The notes under the pieces were generated by a model. That model was not told the DNA's origin. It ran no database searches and worked only from the letters and a program-made list of their open reading frames with translations. Of a stretch of DNA of 64,000 bases, positions 58,293 through 64,000 are shown in pieces. The DNA is from Planctomycetota bacterium (lineage in GTDB: Bacteria > Planctomycetota > B15-G4 > SIAN01), in contig JANNXA010000024.1 in the NCBI GenBank assembly GCA_031409275.1, positions 46,763-110,762 of the forward strand, given 5' to 3'. Each line of letters opens with the position of its first letter. Positions within the stretch are counted from its first letter, which is position 1. The translations under genes and the position numbers were made by a program.

Positions 58293-60290
58293 TCATTCCT
58301 CCCGCGGCTCGCACGCTCGCCACATCTTGGGCGGCGCTTCGCCGCGCATCTCGTACAGGAAACGCGAGGGCATCGACTCGCCCCGATGGCCACCGCGTGC
58401 GCGGCTCTTCACGCAACTCACGGTGAGGTGGCGCTGCGCGCGCGTGATGCCGACGTACATGAGTCGACGCTCCTCCTCGACCGTCTTCTCGCCCACCGCG
58501 CGAATGTGAGGCAGCAGCCCCTCCTCGACGCCCACGAGATAGACGCGCGTGAACTCAAGCCCCTTGGCGGAATGGAGCGTCATCAACGTGACCTGATCGC
58601 GGGCGCTCTCCTTCTCCTCCTCGTCGTCGGTGTCCGACATGACCAGCGCTTCGAGGAAGCTCGAAAGCGTCGGGGCTCCGACCCGGCGCACGTGGTTCTC
58701 CGCGAAGTTCACCAGCTCGAGCACGCCTTGCCAGCGCTCTTCGCGCGTCGCCGCGTCCGGGTAGGCGCGATCCACCTCGGCCCGATAGTCGAACTCGGCC
58801 AGCACCCGGCGAATCCACGCCACGAGGTCGCGCCCCGGATCGGCGCTGCCGAGCGCCGCCACCTTGCGCAGGAACGCCTGCATCGACTCGACCGCGGGTG
58901 GCGGCAGGCCGACGATCGCGTTCGCCTCGCGGAACGCGCGCGCGACCGGGATGCCCTCGGCCGTCGCGTAGGCCAGCGCCTTGTCGATGGTGACCTTCCC
59001 GATGCCGCGCGGCGGGCAGTTGATGATGCGCAGCAGCGAGACCTCGTCGTCGGGGTTCGCCGCGAGGCGCAGGTACGCGAGCACGTCGCGCACTTCCTTG
59101 CGATCGAAGAACGACATGCCACCGACCAGGCGATAGGGCACCTGCTTGGCGCGCAACGCCGCTTCGAACGCGCGCGCCTGCGTCGCCGCGCGGAACAACA
59201 CCGCGAAGTCCTTCGGTCGCGCCCGCCCCTCGCGCATCAGGTCGGTGATCTCGCGCACGGCGAAGTCCGCCTCCGCCGTCTCGTCCTCGACGCGCTTCAC
59301 GACGACCGGTTCGCCCGGCCCCAGCGCCGAGCGCAGCGTCTTGCCGTGGCGTGCCGGGTTGCAGGCGATGACGCGGTTCGCCGCCTCGAGGATCGGCTCG
59401 ACGGAGCGGTAGTTGGTCTCGAGTCGGACCACCGCCGCGCCCTCGAAGTCGCGTTCGAAGCCGAGGATCTTCTTCACGTCGGCGCCGCGCCACCCGTAGA
59501 TCGACTGGTCGTCATCGCCGACCACGCAGAGGTTGCGATGGCCGCCCGCGATCAGCCGCAGCAGCTCGTACTGCGGCGCGTTGGTGTCCTGGTACTCGTC
59601 GACCATCACGTAGCGGTAGCGGGTCGCAAGCGCTTCCTTGTCCACCGAGCTCTCGCGCAGCAGCCGCACCGCGAAGAGCAGCAGGTCGTCGAAATCGACG
59701 CTGCGCGCGCGGCGCAGGTGCTCGTCGTACTTCGCGTACGCCTTGGCGATCAGCAGCTCGTGGCGATCCTGCGCCTGGCGGTGCGCCTCGATCGGCGTCA
59801 CCAGCCGGCTCTTCATCAGCGAGATCTTCGACTGAAGCACGTTGGGCGCGATCTTCGTCTCGGCGATGCGCAGCTCGCGCAGGGCCCCCTTCAGCGCGGA
59901 GAGCTGGTCGGCGCTGTCGCAAATGGCGAAGCGGCCGGGCAGCCCGATGGCGTGGCCGCGCTCGCGCAGCAGGCGCACGCAGAAGGCGTGGAACGTGCCG
60001 ATCGTGACCGCCTTCGCCCGCTCGCCGCCGACGACGCCGGCGACCCGCTCGCGCATCTCGTTGGCGGCGCGATTGGTGAACGTCATCGCCAGCAGCTGCT
60101 CGGGCGCGACGCCGTGCGCCAGCAGCCACGCGATGCGCACGGTGATGACGCGCGTCTTGCCGGAACCGGCGCCGGCCAGCACCAGCAGCGGCCCCTCGGT
60201 GGTGGTGACTGCCGCCCGTTGCTCGGGGTTCAAGCCGGACAGCAACGCGTCGCGAGAGGCGGTGGTGGAGGCGGCGGCGGAACGGGCCAT
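58293..60290 (-). CDS. UvrD/Rep/PcrA family SF1 helicase
   Basis: LAGAGSGKT, TFTNRAA, VDEYQD, GDDDQSIY, NYRS, TLHSAKGLEF, EERRLMYVGITRA. Confidence 0.96.
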   Translation of the reverse strand: MARSAAASTTASRDALLSGLNPEQRAAVTTTEGPLLVLAGAGSGKTRVITVRIAWLLAHGVAPEQLLAMTFTNRAANEMRERVAGVVGGERAKAVTIGTFHAFCVRLLRERGHAIGLPGRFAICDSADQLSALKGALRELRIAETKIAPNVLQSKISLMKSRLVTPIEAHRQAQDRHELLIAKAYAKYDEHLRRARSVDFDDLLLFAVRLLRESSVDKEALATRYRYVMVDEYQDTNAPQYELLRLIAGGHRNLCVVGDDDQSIYGWRGADVKKILGFERDFEGAAVVRLETNYRSVEPILEAANRVIACNPARHGKTLRSALGPGEPVVVKRVEDETAEADFAVREITDLMREGRARPKDFAVLFRAATQARAFEAALRAKQVPYRLVGGMSFFDRKEVRDVLAYLRLAANPDDEVSLLRIINCPPRGIGKVTIDKALAYATAEGIPVARAFREANAIVGLPPPAVESMQAFLRKVAALGSADPGRDLVAWIRRVLAEFDYRAEVDRAYPDAATREERWQGVLELVNFAENHVRRVGAPTLSSFLEALVMSDTDDEEEKESARDQVTLMTLHSAKGLEFTRVYLVGVEEGLLPHIRAVGEKTVEEERRLMYVGITRAQRHLTVSCVKSRARGGHRGESMPSRFLYEMRGEAPPKMWRACEPREE

Positions 60291-60412
60291 CGAGGATCCT
60301 GCGCGGCGCGGACAGGTCGGGATGAAGCGGGGCGCTCTTACTTGGCGCCGGCGACGGGCGCAATCGGGCAGGGATATGCTCCCGCCGACTCGAATCGCCT
60401 GGAGGATCTTCG

Positions 60413-61900
60413 ATGCTGCGTGCCGCCTTCGCTGCCCTCTCCATGACACTGCTCGCTTCGGCGCCCGATCCGATGCGCGACGATGCGCCGATCGCGCCGG
60501 TCAGCTCCATCGTCGAGCTCGTTCCGGAGCCGAGCGCCACCGCCACCGAAGCAGCGTTCGGGTGGCTCAAGTTCATGGCTGCGGGCTACCGCAACAGCGC
60601 CGATCTGCTGGGGCAGGGCAGCGCCGCCGACGCGGAGCTCGTCGTCGGCGAGGCGATCGAGAAGGCGGTGCGACCGCTGCTCGACGCGCAGGTCGGCAAG
60701 AAGGGCAAGGTCAAGTTGAACGACGCCGCCGACGGACCGATCACGAAGGTCGACGACAGCGGCGTCAGCGTCACCGTCAACAAGACCGAGACGTTGGTCG
60801 CGTGGGCTGACCTCGACCCCAAGCAGATCGGGCTGCTGCTCAGCAAGGGCAAGCCGACCGCGGAGGCCGACATCGTGGCCGCCGCGGCGCTGAAGCTGCT
60901 GGGCAACGACGGGGCCGACGCCAAGCAGCGCGCGGCGAAGCTCACGGGCGAGGTCGGCAAGAAACTCGGCGAGCTGCTGGCCGATTTCAAGGAGGTCGGC
61001 CCCGAGCTGAAGGCGGCGCGCGCGCTCGACGCGGCTCTGCGGGATGGCGATGCGGGCAAGGCCGTCGAGCGCATGAAGGCGGCGTGGCCCGAGGCGAAGG
61101 CGACCAAGCTCGGCGAGGACGTGAAAACGGCGCTGCGCGAGCAGTTCGTGCAGCGTGGTGAGTCGGCGTTCCGCGGACCGCAGGCGCTCTCCGCCGCGAT
61201 CCACGGCAAGGTCACGACCAACCCCTCGAAGCTCCATCCCGACGCCGGCGAGGGCGGCATGGGGATCGCCATCGAGTACGACTTCGAGAAGAACCTGGAA
61301 GGCGGCGACTTCGACCCGGCCACGCTGCCGAAGTCCGCCCTGCAGATGGTGAAGTCGAGCGACGGGCGCGCCGTCAGCAGCGTCAACGCGCTTCAGGTCG
61401 CGCAGAGCCGATTGCTGCCCAACGACGTTTCGGGTGGCGCGTTGCCCATCGAGTTCTGCGCCGATGTCGAGGTCGAGCTGCAGGGTGGCTTCGCCGAGAC
61501 CTGGCGTGGCGAACCGGTTGGTTTCTATCTCTTCGGCCTCACGACCGCCGATGGCAGCGATCGCATCGTGCTCAACAACTTCTGCGTGCTGGAGAGCGTC
61601 GTCGGCGGCAAGAACGGCGCGTCCTCCGAGAAGAAGATCGAGAAGCCCAACCCTGGCGTCCAGGTCTTCACCCAGTTCTCGATGGCCGGCGGAAAGATGG
61701 TGATGAAGCTGAACGGTGACCCGACGCCACAGCTCAACTTCGCGCCGAGCGGCCCGCTTCGCCCGTTCCTGATGGCGGGAGGCCCGCCCACCTGGTTCCT
61801 CGAGCGCTTCGTCATCAAAGGCACGGCCACCGGGGCGAGCCTCGGCATGTTGGCGCGCCTGGTCGCCGCGCGCGAGGCGAAGGCGCTGTTTGGTGAGTGA
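60413..61900 (+). CDS. Secreted hypothetical protein
   Basis: Signal peptide; strong codon bias; helical N-half and beta-rich C-half. Confidence 0.7.
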   Translation: MLRAAFAALSMTLLASAPDPMRDDAPIAPVSSIVELVPEPSATATEAAFGWLKFMAAGYRNSADLLGQGSAADAELVVGEAIEKAVRPLLDAQVGKKGKVKLNDAADGPITKVDDSGVSVTVNKTETLVAWADLDPKQIGLLLSKGKPTAEADIVAAAALKLLGNDGADAKQRAAKLTGEVGKKLGELLADFKEVGPELKAARALDAALRDGDAGKAVERMKAAWPEAKATKLGEDVKTALREQFVQRGESAFRGPQALSAAIHGKVTTNPSKLHPDAGEGGMGIAIEYDFEKNLEGGDFDPATLPKSALQMVKSSDGRAVSSVNALQVAQSRLLPNDVSGGALPIEFCADVEVELQGGFAETWRGEPVGFYLFGLTTADGSDRIVLNNFCVLESVVGGKNGASSEKKIEKPNPGVQVFTQFSMAGGKMVMKLNGDPTPQLNFAPSGPLRPFLMAGGPPTWFLERFVIKGTATGASLGMLARLVAAREAKALFGE

Positions 61901-62303
61901 TCCTCGCGACGCGAAGGCCGCGGGGAACGACGCCATCGCCACGTCGAAGGTCGATGTCGCCGCGAAGCTCGCGCTGATCCACGAGCACTGGCGGCCGAAA
62001 GTGGTCGCCGAGCTGAACGGCCAGGAAGTGAAGCTCGCCAAGTTCCAGGGCGACTTCGTGTGGCATCGCCACGAACATGAAGATGAGCTCTTCCTCGGCG
62101 TCGCCGGCTCCTTCCGCGTGGAGTTCCGCGACCGGATCGAGACGATCCACCCCGGCCAGCTCATCGTCGTGCCGCGCGGCGTCGAGCACCGCACGGTCGC
62201 CGACGCCGAAGCGGCCGCGCTGATCTTCGAGCCCGCCGCGACGCGCAACACCGGCGATGTCGTCGACACGCGCCTCACCGCACCCAACGGCGTGAAGCTC
62301 TGA
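61893..62303 (+). CDS. Cupin domain protein
   Basis: HWRPKVV, FVWHRHEHEDELF, VPRGVEH, FEPAATRNTG. Confidence 0.92.
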   Translation: MSDPRDAKAAGNDAIATSKVDVAAKLALIHEHWRPKVVAELNGQEVKLAKFQGDFVWHRHEHEDELFLGVAGSFRVEFRDRIETIHPGQLIVVPRGVEHRTVADAEAAALIFEPAATRNTGDVVDTRLTAPNGVKL

Positions 62304-62325
62304 GCGACCGCGCGCGCCGTTGCCG

Positions 62326-62538
62326 CTACGCCTTCACCTTCACGTACTCGCCGAGCGAGACCGGCTTCGGAGCGGGAGTGCCATCTTCCTCGAGTCCATC
62401 GAGGTGCATACGGATCGCCGTCGCGAGGCGCTTCTTGGTCAGCTCGGCCGTCTTGCCGGTGGCGATGCAGCCCGGCAGGTCAGGCACGTAGCCCGACCAG
62501 TTGCGCTCCGCCGGCTCGATCACGACGAGGTACTTCAT
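62326..62538 (-). CDS. hicB: HicB family antitoxin (short form)
   Basis: YLVVIE..YVPDLPGCIATGKT...HLDGL..G.P.P. Confidence 0.9.
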   Translation of the reverse strand: MKYLVVIEPAERNWSGYVPDLPGCIATGKTAELTKKRLATAIRMHLDGLEEDGTPAPKPVSLGEYVKVKA

Positions 62539-62780
62539 CGAGGCTCTCCCTCCTCCGTTCCTGCCGTCGCTCCTGGATCCTTCGGATCGCGCGCCGGCAC
62601 GAGGCCGGCCTGGCGCAGCGCGCTTCTCTCGGTCTTCGGGCACAGATGCTCCTTGCGATGGCCCGCCACCGTGACTCGCCCCGGCTTCCACGGGTGGCGA
62701 AACTGCCGATGGCTCCCACGTTGACCCGAGAGGAACCAACCATCATCGAGAAGTCTTCGAATTAGCTCGTGCACCGTCAT
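62535..62780 (-). CDS. hicA: HicA family mRNA interferase toxin
   Basis: DGW...RGSHRQFRHP.KPGRVTV...RQAGL; 4-nt overlap with hicB. Confidence 0.9.
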   Translation of the reverse strand: MTVHELIRRLLDDGWFLSGQRGSHRQFRHPWKPGRVTVAGHRKEHLCPKTERSALRQAGLVPARDPKDPGATAGTEEGEPR

Positions 62781-62936
62781 CGCGCCACCCCCCGAGCGAC
62801 GTCGATGAACGCGCCACTCGATCTGCCGCCGACGCCGCGCGAAGGACGTCGCTCGCCGTGGAGGGTGACAGCGACGTGAGGAGCGGCACAAATGGCCGCG
62901 ACGGCAGCGAGCACGCCCGACGCTGCGCTCGCGCTA

Positions 62937-63085
62937 GAGAAGTCACCGCGAGTCCGGCGAGCGAATTTCGAGTCGGGACGAGGAGAAGGTTCGAAGCCAA
63001 TTCCCTAGTGAGGTGTCGAGAGCCGACGACGACGCGCTGGCTTGGAAGACGCCTCCAGGCGACACGGGACTTCTCCAATGGGCTG
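62937..63085. mobile_element. MITE family A copy 4 (degenerate, left TIR tip missing)
   Basis: Aligns to copies 2 and 3 from GAGAAGTCACCGCGAG to CTCCAATGGGCTG, followed by ATAG; many substitutions. Confidence 0.85.
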
Positions 63086-63100
63086 ATAGATTCCGCCGCC

Positions 63101-63382
63101 ATGAGCGACGAGATCGACCCGATCGCCGATCCCTATGCCTCGCTGCAGGCGCGGCTCGCCGAGCAGGTGGTGTGGCCTTCGGTCTACACCTTCAAGTTCA
63201 TCATGAAGACCGAGCTCGTCGGCGAGTTCAGCCTGATCCTGGCCGGTCACGCCTTCACCACCCGAGCATCGGGGGCCGGGCGCCACACTTCGATCACGGC
63301 CGAGCTCTTCATGGAATCGAGCGAAGAGGTGATCGCGCTCTATCGCCGCGCCGCGGAGTTTCCCGGCGTGATCTCGCTGTAG
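63101..63382 (+). CDS. DUF493 family protein
   Basis: WPSVYTFKFI, SGAGRHTSIT, PGVISL. Confidence 0.85.
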   Translation: MSDEIDPIADPYASLQARLAEQVVWPSVYTFKFIMKTELVGEFSLILAGHAFTTRASGAGRHTSITAELFMESSEEVIALYRRAAEFPGVISL

Positions 63383-63514
63383 TCAGCGGGCGCGACGACG
63401 CTCTTCAGCGCGACGCCGGTGACGCCGATCGCCTTGCCACCCGTCTCATCCCAGCGCACGCCGCACGCGTGGCGCACGAAGCCGACATGCAGCTCGCCTG
63501 GATTGCCGGCGTCG

Positions 63515-63811
63515 CTACTTCCAGCGCGTCATGCCGTCGGCGCGACCGTCCTCGCGGTCGATCTGCTCCATCGTCTGCGCGAACTCGGCGGACGTGCACA
63601 GCCCCTTCTGCACGGCAAGGCGCTGCACGGTCTTGACCGCCAACGCGAGTTCGCCGATGGCGCGTTCGAGATCGGCCGAGCCGCCCCCCACCGCGCCACC
63701 GCCCGCGCCACTCAGCGCGAAAGCGTCCGCTCGCGCCGAACTCGCCTGTCGATGGAGGTCCTCGATGCGCGACTGCTGATAGAGGTCGAACACCCAGTTG
63801 ATCAAGCCCAT
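63515..63811 (-). CDS. Hypothetical protein
   Basis: RBS AGGAG; 98 aa ending IDREDGRADG. Confidence 0.65.
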   Translation of the reverse strand: MGLINWVFDLYQQSRIEDLHRQASSARADAFALSGAGGGAVGGGSADLERAIGELALAVKTVQRLAVQKGLCTSAEFAQTMEQIDREDGRADGMTRWK

Positions 63812-63850
63812 GCAATCTCTCCTGATCGCGGCGTCAGAAGCGCCGCCTTA

Positions 63851-64000
63851 GAGCGCCTAACAGAATGTCCGCTGCGTTCGACCGGCTGCGGCCACCCATG
63901 ACTTCGTCGACCTCCATCGGCGACTCTTCAGAGTCGCCTGCTTCGGTCTCCTCGCCCTGGGCGGCCTCGCTCGGTCTCGGCGCGACGCGTCCATTCTGTT
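63851..64000. mobile_element. MITE family B copy 2 (last 8 bp of the right TIR lie beyond the window)
   Basis: TTA then GAGCGCCTAACAGAATG...CATTCTGTT; near-identical to 2357-2678 without the nested insertion. Confidence 0.9.

Noticed and set aside
58293..60290. UvrD helicase as part of an anti-phage system (e.g. Gabija)
   Set aside because: Canonical housekeeping Rep/PcrA-like sequence with no adjacent nuclease or ATPase partner.
62840..62935. GAGGA-stem-GACG sequence upstream of MITE A copy 4 resembling the shared core
   Set aside because: Spacing is much shorter, GACGAA is incomplete and there are no terminal repeats.
63383..63514. Coding-like minus-strand fragment (HVGFVRHACGVRWDETGGKAIGVTGV)
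   Set aside because: No clear start or recognisable family; cannot distinguish a gene remnant from chance.

Overview
GC-rich bacterial chromosomal window. The gene content (an ECF sigma factor fused to a large extracytoplasmic region, CarboxypepD_reg-type and FG-GAP surface proteins) suggests a Planctomycetota-like organism; this is an inference. It contains about 55 CDS: a split polyol/sugar ABC transporter, a nucleotidyltransferase plus GHMP-kinase/UDP-sugar-pyrophosphorylase fusion, an ABC-F ATPase, S8 and S41 proteases, serA-serB-class V aminotransferase, tgt coupled to an ArmA/Rmt-family 16S rRNA methyltransferase, two ECF sigma loci, a membrane redox cluster, head-to-head hydrolase paralogs, a rhombosortase with a GlyGly-CTERM VIT/vWA target, LysR/YeiH, a UvrD helicase and hicAB. 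The most striking non-coding signal is seven ~160-bp non-autonomous TIR elements in three families (A x4, B x2, C x1). Their terminal repeats and target sites are unrelated, yet they share length and carry the same internal motif (TTCGTC...hairpin...TCCTY) at the same offset. One copy is nested inside another, and one disrupts a gene. No transposase, rRNA, tRNA or CRISPR array was found.
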